This document shows, piece by piece, positions 22,429 through 30,578 of a DNA stretch of 32,000 nucleotides (positions are counted from its first letter, which is position 1; the number at the start of each line of letters is the position of its first letter). Location: positions 1,110,001-1,142,000 of the forward strand of contig NC_014034.1 of the NCBI RefSeq assembly GCF_000021865.1, written 5' to 3'. The DNA comes from Rhodobacter capsulatus SB 1003 (GTDB taxonomy: Bacteria > Pseudomonadota > Alphaproteobacteria > Rhodobacterales > Rhodobacteraceae). The notes under the pieces are model-generated. The model was not told where the DNA came from, did not search any database, and was given only the letters and a program-made list of their open reading frames with translations. The position numbers and the translations under genes were made by a program.

Positions 22429-23436
22429 GTGAACCAGGTCACGCCCACATTGCCCAACACGTCGCCCCCGATTGCCAGCGCCGCCGCGGTGCCGCAGACG
22501 GATCCTGCGACGGCACGCATGACGATCCCGCGGGACCTGCCCTGGGGCGATGCGCGCACGCCGCTTTTTGAAGACGAGGAGTTGCGATCGCTGCTTGATC
22601 GCGCGGAAATCTACCTGCGCGAGGGGATCGCCATTCATTTCCGCGGTCCGGCCGGGGTCGGCAAGACCACGCTGGCGCTGCATCTGGCGCAACGCTTCGC
22701 CCGTCCGGTGACCTTTTTCGTCGGCAACGACTGGCTTGGCCGCGCCGACATCTTCGGCCGCGATCTGGGCGAAACCGTCTCGACGGTGCAGGACCATTAC
22801 ATTTCCTCGGTGCGCCGCGCCGAGCGCAAGAGCCGGATCGACTGGCAGGAGGCGCCGCTTGCCCGCGCCATGCGCGACGGCCATGTCCTTGTCTATGACG
22901 AGTTTTCGCGCTCCCGCCCCGAGGCGAACGCGGCCCTTCTGTCGGTGATCGAAGAGGGGGTTCTGCCGCTTTCCGACCCCGCCGCGGGGCGCAGCCACAT
23001 CGTCGCGCATCCCGACTTTCGCGTCATCCTCACCTCCAATCCGCGCGATTACGTGGGGGTGCAGGCGGTGCCCGATGCGCTTTTGGACCGGATGATCACC
23101 TTTTCGCTTGACGGGATGTCGTTTGAAACCGAGGTCGGGATCGTGGCCACAGCTGCGCGCACAGATCCGGCGGATGCCCGCGCCATCTGTGCGCTGATCC
23201 ACCTGTTGCGGGCCGAAAAGCCCGGCACGATGGAGATTTCAATGCGCTCGGGCATCATGATCGCGCGGCTGGCCCGGGCGGCCGGTGTCGCGCCCGATCC
23301 CGCCGATCCGGTCTTCGTGCAGATCTGCGCCGATGTTCTGGGCACGCGGATGCGCGGCAGCGATATCGACGATGTCATGGCGCTGCTGTTGCGGCCCGAT
23401 CCCGCCCCGGCCGCCTGTGCGGGAGGCGCGCGATGA
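22429..23436 (+). CDS. gvpN: Gas vesicle AAA+ ATPase GvpN
   Basis: Walker A GPAGVGKTT, Walker B VLVYDEF. CbbQ/NirQ/GvpN-type layout (FRVILTSNP...DALLDRM). Start set to GTG 22429 because GGGAGG lies 5 nt upstream; the track ORF begins at GTG 22396. Confidence 0.85.
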   Translation: MNQVTPTLPNTSPPIASAAAVPQTDPATARMTIPRDLPWGDARTPLFEDEELRSLLDRAEIYLREGIAIHFRGPAGVGKTTLALHLAQRFARPVTFFVGNDWLGRADIFGRDLGETVSTVQDHYISSVRRAERKSRIDWQEAPLARAMRDGHVLVYDEFSRSRPEANAALLSVIEEGVLPLSDPAAGRSHIVAHPDFRVILTSNPRDYVGVQAVPDALLDRMITFSLDGMSFETEVGIVATAARTDPADARAICALIHLLRAEKPGTMEISMRSGIMIARLARAAGVAPDPADPVFVQICADVLGTRMRGSDIDDVMALLLRPDPAPAACAGGAR

Positions 23437-23669
23437 AGAAGCTCCGCCGGGTGACGATCCCGCAGCCGCCCAATGCCGCGCGCCGGATGCCGCGCACCCG
23501 CTTCGAAATCGCCGCGCAGCTGCTGCGCCTTGAATTCGAGCGCGCCCGGCTGCTCAACGAAATCGAGACCGCGCGGCAACGCGGCGCCGCCTTTTCGCGC
23601 CGCCTTGTCCGCACCTCGGAGACGATCCGCAACAATCTGAACCGATTGATGGAAGGAAAAGAGCCGTGA
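23433..23669 (+). CDS. Small basic coiled-coil protein of the gvp operon (78 aa), family not recognised
   Basis: ATGA overlap with gvpN and GTGA overlap with gvpO. Sequence MKKLRRVTIPQPPNAARRMPRTRFEIAAQLLRLEFERARLLNEIETARQRG. Confidence 0.55.
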   Translation: MKKLRRVTIPQPPNAARRMPRTRFEIAAQLLRLEFERARLLNEIETARQRGAAFSRRLVRTSETIRNNLNRLMEGKEP

Positions 23670-24058
23670 GCGCCGGTGCCAAGCAGATCGACCCCTTTGC
23701 CGAGGCGCAAAGCCTTGCCGCGCCGGCTGCGGCCGCGGCGCCCGGCCCCACCACCACCGGCCCCGCAACGCCTGCCGCCGGTGAAAGCTGGAAGGCCGAA
23801 GCCGGGGGCATGGCCCTGATCGAGGCGCTGGCGCTGGCCAGCCGCACCGCCGAGGAACTGACCGGACGCGCCGTCGACGCCGTGGTGAATTCGGAACTGA
23901 ACGCCCATGGCGGCTGGACGATCGACATCGACGTGCTGGAAGCCAAGGCCAAGATGGGCACGAACGATCTTTTGTGCTGCTACCGGATCGGCTTCGGCGC
24001 CGATGGCAGTCTGGTCGGATATTCCCGCCTGCGCAGGTATCACCGAGAGGACGGCTGA
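23666..24058 (+). CDS. gvpO: Gas vesicle protein GvpO
   Basis: GTG start with a purine-rich RBS (GGAAGGAAAAGAG). The C-terminal block HGGWTIDIDVLEAKAKMGTNDLLCCYRIGFGADGSLVGYSRLRRYHRED matches the conserved GvpO core (W-x-V-x-V-E...Y-E-V...Y-x-R-x-x-R-Y). Confidence 0.8.
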   Translation: MSAGAKQIDPFAEAQSLAAPAAAAAPGPTTTGPATPAAGESWKAEAGGMALIEALALASRTAEELTGRAVDAVVNSELNAHGGWTIDIDVLEAKAKMGTNDLLCCYRIGFGADGSLVGYSRLRRYHREDG

Positions 24059-24513
24059 TGGGCTATCGCAGCGCCTCGCAGCCGGAAGGGCTTGCGGACG
24101 TCCTCGAGCGCATCCTCGACAAGGGGATCGTGATCGCCGGGGACGTGTCGGTCTCGCTGGTGGGCATCGAGCTGCTGACCATCCGCCTGCGGCTGCTGAT
24201 CGCCACCGTCGACAAGGCGCGCGAAATGGGGATCGACTGGTGGAGCCACGATCCCTATCTGAACGGCCGCCTCCGCCCGGGCGAACCCGCGCCCGAGACC
24301 GAAACCGAAACCGCCGCCCTGCGCGACCGTCTTGCGCAGCTCGAGGCGCAGCTTTCCGCGCTGGGCGCGCAGGTCGGCGCCGCGCCCGCCCTGGCCGAGC
24401 CTGCGCTCCGGGGCCTTGCCGCCGCCGGGTCTTCCGCCCTGTGCGCGGCCCCCGAGGCGTCCTCGGCAGACGTCGTGCAACCCGTTTTCCGTCGTTACAA
24501 GGAGGCCCCATGA
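24058..24513 (+). CDS. gvpJ: Gas vesicle structural protein, GvpA/GvpJ family (GvpJ-like, 151 aa)
   Basis: LADVLERILDKGIVIAGDVSVSLVGIELLTIRLRLLIATVDKAREMGIDWWSHDPYL is near-identical in pattern to cyanobacterial GvpJ (LADILERVLDKGIVIAGD...LLISSVDKAKEMGINWWESDPYL). TGATG overlap with gvpO. Confidence 0.85.
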   Translation: MGYRSASQPEGLADVLERILDKGIVIAGDVSVSLVGIELLTIRLRLLIATVDKAREMGIDWWSHDPYLNGRLRPGEPAPETETETAALRDRLAQLEAQLSALGAQVGAAPALAEPALRGLAAAGSSALCAAPEASSADVVQPVFRRYKEAP

Positions 24514-24944
24514 CCAGCCCCCCCAACCCTCCCGAGCAGGGGCGCGAGGCGTTCGAAGAGATCGAACGGCGTTTCTCGCAGCTTCTCGGCCGACTTGGCC
24601 AGACCTTCGAGGAAGCCCTGTCGGCCGTGCCGCAGGGCACGGCCCGCAGCCGCACGCGCAGCTTCGTCGGCTCGGTCGACGAGTTTCTGGCGGAACGCCG
24701 ACAGGCTGCCGCAGCGCCGGAGGCCGCGGAGATCGTGGAGGATGCGGCCGGTGCGGACATGCCGTCCCCCGACGCCGCCGCTCAGGCGCCGATGACGGGG
24801 GTCAGTCTGGATCTGTCCGGTGGCAGGCTGACCGTCGCTTTCGGGGAAGATCCCCCGGTCGAGATCGACCTGCCGAACCTGCGCCTCGGCGCCGCCTGGC
24901 GCGTCTCGATCGGCGGCGGCACCCTGCGTTTCGATCCGGATTGA
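24510..24944 (+). CDS. gvp-operon protein of unknown family (144 aa)
   Basis: ATG 24510 with AAGGAGG 4 nt upstream and an ATGA overlap with gvpJ. It is an internal start of track ORF 23907..24944. Helical N-terminus (EAFEEIERRFSQLLGRLGQTFEEAL) and a beta-rich C-terminus (GVSLDLSGGRLTVAFGEDPPVEIDLPNLRLGAAWRVSIGGGTLRFDP). Confidence 0.6.
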   Translation: MTSPPNPPEQGREAFEEIERRFSQLLGRLGQTFEEALSAVPQGTARSRTRSFVGSVDEFLAERRQAAAAPEAAEIVEDAAGADMPSPDAAAQAPMTGVSLDLSGGRLTVAFGEDPPVEIDLPNLRLGAAWRVSIGGGTLRFDPD

Positions 24945-24947
24945 GCC

Positions 24948-25733
24948 ATGGGACATTATCTTTACGGCCTTCTGGCCCCCCCGGCGCGCGGCACGCTGGC
25001 GCAGATGCAGGCCGCGGCCGCGGGCGTGACAAGCCTTGGCGGTCCGGTCGCGCTGTCGGCGGTGGAGGGCATGCTGCTGGTCCATTGCCCCTGTGACCTT
25101 GCGGAAATCTCCCAGACGCGGCGCAACATGCTGGCCCATACCCGCATGCTCGAGGCGCTGATGCCGCTTGCCACCTGTCTGCCGGTGCGCTTCGGCGTCA
25201 TCGCCCAGGATCTGGCGGAGGTCGCGCGGATGATCCACGAGCGCCGCGCGGAGCTGGTCGGTCATGCGCAACGTCTTCTGGATCCTGTGGAAATCGGGCT
25301 GCGCGTGCGCTTCCCGCGGGACCGGGCGCTGGCCCAGCTGATGGCCGAAACGCCGGATTTCGTGGCCGAGCGGGACCGGCTGATGGGGCAGGGGGCCGGG
25401 GCCCATTTCGCCCGGGCCGATTTCGGTCGCCGTCTGGCAGAGGCACTGGACGCGCGGCGCACGCGCGACCAGAAGCGGCTGCTGGCGGCGCTGCGCCCGC
25501 ATGTGCGCGACCACGTCCTGCGCGCGCCCGAGGAGGATGTCGAAGTGCTGCGCGCCGAATTCCTGATCCCGGCCGCGGGGGTCGACGCCTTTTCGCGCAT
25601 CGCGCATGATCTGGCCGCGGCGCTGGGCTTTGCGGGCGCCGCCGAACCGGAGCTGCAGGTGATCGGCCCCGCGCCGCCCTATCACTTCCTCTCGCTCAGC
25701 CTGGCGTTCGACAATACCTCGGAGGCCGCCTGA
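24948..25733 (+). CDS. gvpF: GvpF/GvpL family gas vesicle protein
   Basis: MGHYLYGLL start, CLPVRFGVIAQDLAEVARMI block, and VIGPAPPYHF near the C-terminus (GPWPPYSF-type motif). Confidence 0.8.
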   Translation: MGHYLYGLLAPPARGTLAQMQAAAAGVTSLGGPVALSAVEGMLLVHCPCDLAEISQTRRNMLAHTRMLEALMPLATCLPVRFGVIAQDLAEVARMIHERRAELVGHAQRLLDPVEIGLRVRFPRDRALAQLMAETPDFVAERDRLMGQGAGAHFARADFGRRLAEALDARRTRDQKRLLAALRPHVRDHVLRAPEEDVEVLRAEFLIPAAGVDAFSRIAHDLAAALGFAGAAEPELQVIGPAPPYHFLSLSLAFDNTSEAA

Positions 25734-25990
25734 TGGGCCTGTTGCGCAAGCTTTTGCTGGCCCCGGTGGAGTTGCCGATCACCGGCGCGCTCTGGATCGT
25801 CGAGAAGATCGCCGAGACGGCCGAGAGCGAATTGACCGATCCGGGCACGGTGCGGCGCCTGCTGCGCGGTCTTGAACAGCAGCTCGAAGCCGGGGAGATC
25901 ACCGAGGAAGAATATGAATTTGCGGAAGAAATCCTGCTCGATCGCCTGAAACGCGGGCAAGCTGCGGAGGCACGATCCGGTGGCCCATGA
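25733..25990 (+). CDS. gvpG: Gas vesicle protein GvpG
   Basis: 85 aa. LAPVELPITGALWIVEKIAETAESEL...LEQQLEAGEITEEEYEFAEEILLDRL matches the GvpG pattern. GGAGG lies 7 nt upstream. TGATG overlap with gvpF. Confidence 0.8.
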   Translation: MGLLRKLLLAPVELPITGALWIVEKIAETAESELTDPGTVRRLLRGLEQQLEAGEITEEEYEFAEEILLDRLKRGQAAEARSGGP

Positions 25991-26930
25991 GATCATTGCC
26001 ATCCTGCCATGCGAAGCGGCCCAGCTGCCTTCGGGGCTGACGGGTGTCGTCGGCAGGGGGGCGACGGCCGTTCTGGCGCCCGCGCCGGGCTGGGCCGAGC
26101 GCCTGACCGGCGGGCCGAAGCAGACGGCCGTGCGCCATCACAGCCGACTGGAGGCGCTGATGGCGATGGGATCTGTCCTGCCCTTCGCCGCGGGCATCGC
26201 CTGCACGCCGGAGGAGGCCGCGCTGCTGCTGCGGCTTGATGCGCCGCTGATCGCGCGTCTTGCCGCCGAGATCGGCCCCCGGCGCCATTTTCAGCTTGCC
26301 CTCGACTGGGATGAAAGCCGCGTGCTTGCGGCCTTTCGCGACAGTCCCGAACTTGCGCCGCTGTTTTCGGGCGCCGCGGTCACCCCCGAGGCGCTGCGCC
26401 AGGCCATCACGGCGCTTGCGGACCGGCTGAGCGCCACCGCCCTGCGCCTGCTCGACCCGGTCGCGGAGGATCCGGTCGAACAGCCGCGGGCGCCGGGCTG
26501 TCTGCTCAACCTCGTGTTCTTGCTGCGGCCCGAGGACGAGCCCCGCCTGGATGCGGCGCTGCAGGCGATCGACGCGCTCTGGAGCGAGGGCCTGCGGCTG
26601 CGGCTGATCGGCCCCAGCGCGCCGATCAGCCATGCGCTTGTGGACATCGACCGCGCCGATGTCGCGGCGCTGGCGGCCGCGGCCGACCTGCTGAAGGTGG
26701 CGCCGGAGGCCGGACCGGAGGCCGTCACCGAGGCCGCGAAGGCGGCCCTGCGCAGCCCGGATCTGGCCGCCAATGCCGCCGAACAGATCCGTGCCGCGGC
26801 GCGGCTGCTGCTGCGCGCGGGGGATATCGCGGCGCTTGGCCTTTCGGGCGCCGCCACCCTGCCGCATCTTGTGCATCTTCGCCCCGGGGGGCGCAAATCT
26901 GGCCTGACCAGCTCTGGCGAGGCGGCATGA
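25980..26930 (+). CDS. gvpL: GvpL/GvpF family gas vesicle protein (second paralogue, with C-terminal extension)
   Basis: GTG 25980 overlaps gvpG by 11 nt, with GGAGG 9 nt upstream. SVLPFAAGIACTPEEAALLL block and LRLRLIGPSAPISHAL motif. Confidence 0.7.
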   Translation: MAHEIIAILPCEAAQLPSGLTGVVGRGATAVLAPAPGWAERLTGGPKQTAVRHHSRLEALMAMGSVLPFAAGIACTPEEAALLLRLDAPLIARLAAEIGPRRHFQLALDWDESRVLAAFRDSPELAPLFSGAAVTPEALRQAITALADRLSATALRLLDPVAEDPVEQPRAPGCLLNLVFLLRPEDEPRLDAALQAIDALWSEGLRLRLIGPSAPISHALVDIDRADVAALAAAADLLKVAPEAGPEAVTEAAKAALRSPDLAANAAEQIRAAARLLLRAGDIAALGLSGAATLPHLVHLRPGGRKSGLTSSGEAA

Positions 26931-27622
26931 CAGGGCTTGCGCTGCATGGATTCGTGTCGCCCGACGGGTGGAGCGCCGCGGCCGCCCCGCCCGCCCGGTG
27001 CGCTGTCGTTCTGGGTGGCGTCGCGGCGCTGGTCTCCGAGGCCGGGGACGCGCTTGATACCCCCGAAACGGCGCAGGCGGCTGCGCTTGCCCATCATGCG
27101 CTGATTTCGGCCTGGCATCGGCGGGGGCCGGTGTTGCCGGTACGGCTGGGGACGGTGTTTTCGTCGCAAGCCGCGCTGCAGACGGCGCTGGCGCCCAAGG
27201 CGGCGCAGCTGCGCGCGGCGCTTGACGCCCTCGCCGACAAGGAAGAGATGGTGCTGACGATTGTGCCTGCGGCACGGCCCCCGGATCTGCCGCCGCCCGC
27301 GGCGACCGGGGCGGATTGGCTGCGCGCCCGCAAGGCGGTCCGCGACCGCGGTCAGGCCCGGCAGACGGATCGACAGCAGACCTTGGCCGGTCTGCAGGAC
27401 GCGCTTCGCGCTCAGGGCGTGGCCTCGCTGGCGGCGCCCGCCCCGCGCGAGGGCGGATCCCGCTGGCATCTTCTGATCGCGCGCGACGACGGCGCCGGGC
27501 TCGACCGCTGGCTGGCCGCGCAGGCCGATCGCTTCGATGCGGCGGGGCTCGACCTTACCCTTGACGGCCCCTGGCCGCCCTATCGTTTTGCTGCGGAGAT
27601 TCTGGAGGCGCTGGATGGATGA
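26927..27622 (+). CDS. GvpL/GvpF family gas vesicle protein (third paralogue)
   Basis: ATGA overlap with the previous gene. VLPVRLGTVFSSQAALQTAL block and LTLDGPWPPYRFA motif. Confidence 0.7.
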   Translation: MTGLALHGFVSPDGWSAAAAPPARCAVVLGGVAALVSEAGDALDTPETAQAAALAHHALISAWHRRGPVLPVRLGTVFSSQAALQTALAPKAAQLRAALDALADKEEMVLTIVPAARPPDLPPPAATGADWLRARKAVRDRGQARQTDRQQTLAGLQDALRAQGVASLAAPAPREGGSRWHLLIARDDGAGLDRWLAAQADRFDAAGLDLTLDGPWPPYRFAAEILEALDG

Positions 27623-27824
27623 CCGGTTCAGCTTGCGGCTTTTCGGCCCCGAAGAGGTGTTCGACGCGCCCTCCGGGGGGCTTGCCGATCTGCTCGACGG
27701 GCTTTTGGGGCATGGTATCGTGCTGCATGGCGATCTGTGGCTGACCGTCGCCGATGTCGAGCTGGTCTATGTCGGTCTGAGCGCGGTTCTGGCGTCCCCC
27801 GAGGCCTTGCGGTCGCATGAGTGA
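27615..27824 (+). CDS. gvpS: Small GvpA/J/S-family gas vesicle protein (GvpS-like, 69 aa)
   Basis: ATG 27615 with GGAGG 6 nt upstream. GLADLLDGLLGHGIVLHGDLWLTVADVELVYVGLSAVLASPEAL parallels B. megaterium GvpS (ILDKGVAIKGDLIISIAGVDLVYLDLRVLISSVETL). Confidence 0.7.
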   Translation: MDDRFSLRLFGPEEVFDAPSGGLADLLDGLLGHGIVLHGDLWLTVADVELVYVGLSAVLASPEALRSHE

Positions 27825-28479
27825 GCCCCGGATCAGCGGCCTGGCCCCCTGGAGGGCGGATCTGCCGGATGTCATCGGCTGCCACGGCGGCTGGGTGCTG
27901 ATGGGCGCCGCCGCGGATGAGACCCCGGAGGCCCGTCTGCGCCGTCAGGTCGGATGGTGCCGTGCCGCCGTGGATGTCCTGCCGCTCAGCCCGCGCCTTG
28001 CCCCGACACGGGCAGAGGCGGAGCGGCTCGTCGCGACGCGCGGCCCGGATCTGGAGCGGGCACATCGGCATATTCGGGGCCGACTGCAGGTGATCGTGCA
28101 ATTGGAAATGTGCCGAACCGACCTTGGCCTTGTGCGACGCGAGATCTCGGGGGGACGCAGTTGGTTGCAAGATCGGGCGGAACGGGCCACGCGCGAGGCC
28201 AGGGCGAACGCAGATTTCGAGGCGCAGGTGCGGCGGGTGGTCCGCGCGCTTTTCCCGCGGGAGGGACAGGTCGTGACGCTTGCCCCAAGCGGAACAGCCG
28301 GGCAACTGCGGCTGCGCCGGGCGGTGCTTGTGCCACGCGCGGGCTTGCAGGCCTTCGCGGCGGCTCTCTCGGCGGATCTCGACCGCGACGGGCGGGGCGG
28401 TCTTTGGGACGTGATCGCGCCGCTGCCGCCGCTGGCCTTTGCCGCGCTCGAGGCGGGCCCGGGCGGAGCCGTGACATGA
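27817..28479 (+). CDS. Degenerate GvpF/L-like protein (220 aa)
   Basis: Overlaps both neighbours (8 nt and ATGA). DVLPLSPRLAPTRAEAERLV resembles the vLPvRfG block, and VIAPLPPLAFAAL resembles a degenerate GPWPPYSF motif. Confidence 0.5.
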   Translation: MSEPRISGLAPWRADLPDVIGCHGGWVLMGAAADETPEARLRRQVGWCRAAVDVLPLSPRLAPTRAEAERLVATRGPDLERAHRHIRGRLQVIVQLEMCRTDLGLVRREISGGRSWLQDRAERATREARANADFEAQVRRVVRALFPREGQVVTLAPSGTAGQLRLRRAVLVPRAGLQAFAAALSADLDRDGRGGLWDVIAPLPPLAFAALEAGPGGAVT

Positions 28480-28814
28480 GCGCCGCGATGCATCTTGAGC
28501 TTGGGGATGTCGATGCGGTGCTGTCGCAGGCCGCGCGCAGCCTGGCGGCGGGGGGGCGGCTGACGCTTGATCCCGAACGGGTCGAGCAGGATCTGGCGCG
28601 GCTTGTGCTCGGCATCGTCGAGCTGTTGCGCAAGCTTATGGAATTGCAGGCGATCCGGCGGATGGAAGCGGGCAGCCTGACGCCGGAACAGGAAGAGACA
28701 CTGGGCCTGACCCTGATGCGGGCCGAAGCGGCCCTGCATGAGGTGGCGGCGAAATTCGGCCTTCAGCCAGCGGATCTGATCCTGGATCTTGGCCCTCTGG
28801 GCCGCAGCGTCTGA
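28476..28814 (+). CDS. gvpK: Gas vesicle protein GvpK
   Basis: RLTLDPERVEQDLARLVLGIVELLRKLMELQAIRRMEAGSLTPEQEETLGLTLMRAE...FGLQPADLILDLGPLG is the conserved GvpK core. The start is an internal ATG of track ORF 27954..28814. Confidence 0.85.
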   Translation: MSAAMHLELGDVDAVLSQAARSLAAGGRLTLDPERVEQDLARLVLGIVELLRKLMELQAIRRMEAGSLTPEQEETLGLTLMRAEAALHEVAAKFGLQPADLILDLGPLGRSV

Positions 28815-28824
28815 GCGGCGGCGG

Positions 28825-30078
28825 TCAGTCCCAATCCCGGGCCTTGCCTTCGCGGGTCAGCGGCAGGGCGCGACCGAAGCGATAGTGTTGCGGCCGCGCC
28901 GGGGCGTCAAGCCCGGCTTCGGCGCGGGCACGCAGCCGCGCCTCCAGCCCGGCTTCCGCATCGGCGGCGCAGACCACGAAAGCCTTCAGCCGGTCGCCGC
29001 CAAGCCGCAGCGCAAGCGCCTCGACCCCGGGCTCGGCTTCCAGCACGGATTTCACATGTCCCAGACGGACATTGACGCCGCCGACCTGCAGCGCCTGATC
29101 GAGGCGTCCCTCGATCACGAAGCGGACCGGCCCGGTCCAGCGCAGCCGATCCTGCAGCGGCAAGGGGGCGGGGCCGTCGGAAATCCCGTCATCGGCGCTG
29201 CGGGACAGGAACGGCAGCAGGGTGAAAGCGGCGCCGGGGGCCCTGCGCAGGCCGATGCCGCCGGTTTCCGAGGCGCCATAGACCTCGGTCAGATCCTCAA
29301 GCCCTGCCGCAAGCAGGCTGTGCCACAGCGCGTCGGGCATCGGCGCACCGGAACTGACCCCGCGCAGACCGGGCGGGAAGGCTCCGGCCGCGCCCAGATG
29401 CGCCCAAAGATGCGGCGTGGCGATGATCAGATCGCCGGGCTGCGCCGTGCGCAGCGCCGAGGCGGGCGGCGCGGCGGTCAGATCGCGCAGGGCCGCACCT
29501 GCGAGTTCTGGCAGAAGCGCCGTGAACAGGCAGCCGAACAGGTGGTGCGCGGGAACGAGCCCGATCACCGCGCCGCCGGGCGCGGGGACGAGGCCCTGAT
29601 CGCGGGCCATGCTGGCGGCTTCGCGCATCAGCTTCGGCCAGGGATGCGGGATCGGCTTTGGCGTGCCGGTCGATCCGGAGGTGCGAAACACCGCCTGCGC
29701 GGTTTCGGACCGGGCGGCCAGAAGGTCGAAATGCTGCATGATCCGGTCGATCCAGCCCTGCAGGGTCGGTTCGACATAGACGTAATCCTCGATCCCGGTG
29801 CGGGAGAGGTCGAAGAAATCGCGCACCGCCCCGATCAGGTCGAGCCGGGCGAGCGAGTCGAAGCCGAGACCCTCCTCGTCGATGCGCGGATCGCCGGTGA
29901 AGGCGGCTTCGGGCAGGATCTGGTTGCGCCCGCGCCGGGCCTCGGCGCGGATCAGGCTGATCAGAAGACGGCGCACCATCGCGGCGTCGGGGGCTTGTGG
30001 CAGGACCGCGCCGAGGCCGTCCGGGCCGGGGGCCGGGGGCGACAAGGCCCCGGAGCCGGCGCGCCGGACCTCAGGCAT
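28825..30078 (-). CDS. pcl: AMP-dependent ligase of the pyp operon (p-coumarate-activating, pcl-like) with a carrier-protein-like N-terminal segment
   Basis: Adenylate-forming motifs in order: TSGSTGTPK, EVYGASETGG, GRLDQALQVGGVNV, LPLTREGK. Start ambiguous: ATG 30078 overlaps the upstream stop by 8 nt, and ATG 29979 (MVRRLL) is also possible. Located in the operon with pyp. Confidence 0.75.
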   Translation of the reverse strand: MPEVRRAGSGALSPPAPGPDGLGAVLPQAPDAAMVRRLLISLIRAEARRGRNQILPEAAFTGDPRIDEEGLGFDSLARLDLIGAVRDFFDLSRTGIEDYVYVEPTLQGWIDRIMQHFDLLAARSETAQAVFRTSGSTGTPKPIPHPWPKLMREAASMARDQGLVPAPGGAVIGLVPAHHLFGCLFTALLPELAGAALRDLTAAPPASALRTAQPGDLIIATPHLWAHLGAAGAFPPGLRGVSSGAPMPDALWHSLLAAGLEDLTEVYGASETGGIGLRRAPGAAFTLLPFLSRSADDGISDGPAPLPLQDRLRWTGPVRFVIEGRLDQALQVGGVNVRLGHVKSVLEAEPGVEALALRLGGDRLKAFVVCAADAEAGLEARLRARAEAGLDAPARPQHYRFGRALPLTREGKARDWD

Positions 30079-30562
30079 CGTCGAGTTCATAAAGGAACTC
30101 GCCCAGAAGCGCGGCGTAATGCTGCCGGACGGCGGCAATGCGCGCCTGCAATTCGAGCGCCTGACCGTAAAGCTCTGCCGCCGACAGCCCGGCCCCGCCC
30201 AGCTTCGCCTGCGGACGCACATCCTGCGCCGGATCGAAGGCTTCGAATTGCGAAATCGCCTCGTCCAGCGTGTCGGCCTGCCAGGCGCGGAACACGTCGC
30301 GCTCGTCCACCGAGGAGAAGAAGGTCTTGATCGCCGTCACGAACCCGCCATCGGCGGTGCGGAACAGGTTGATCTCGTACCAGTAGGGCAGATCGGGCGT
30401 GAAGCTCATCGCCATGCCCAGTTCCGCGCCGCGGAATTGCAGCGGGCGCGCACCGACGCGGCGCAGGCTGTAATCCAGCATCGAGGGATCTCCATACGGG
30501 GCGGTTTCCTCGTAAGCCTGTTGGGGAGCCGCGAATTGCTTGCTTTCCGTCATATAGGCCAT
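30071..30562 (-). CDS. Hypothetical protein (163 aa), paralogous to the neighbouring 219-aa protein
   Basis: MAYMTESKQF... High GC3. Shares the RRVGARPLQFRGAEL block with RRDGARPLVFLGAAL of the upstream gene. No family recognised. Confidence 0.6.
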   Translation of the reverse strand: MAYMTESKQFAAPQQAYEETAPYGDPSMLDYSLRRVGARPLQFRGAELGMAMSFTPDLPYWYEINLFRTADGGFVTAIKTFFSSVDERDVFRAWQADTLDEAISQFEAFDPAQDVRPQAKLGGAGLSAAELYGQALELQARIAAVRQHYAALLGEFLYELDDA

Positions 30563-30578
30563 GATGCCTCCAAGTCTG

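Noticed and set aside
24295-24312. GAGACC-GAAACC-GAAACC microrepeat
   Set aside because: It simply encodes ETETET in the low-complexity C-terminal tail of the GvpJ-like protein. There is no evidence of independent function.
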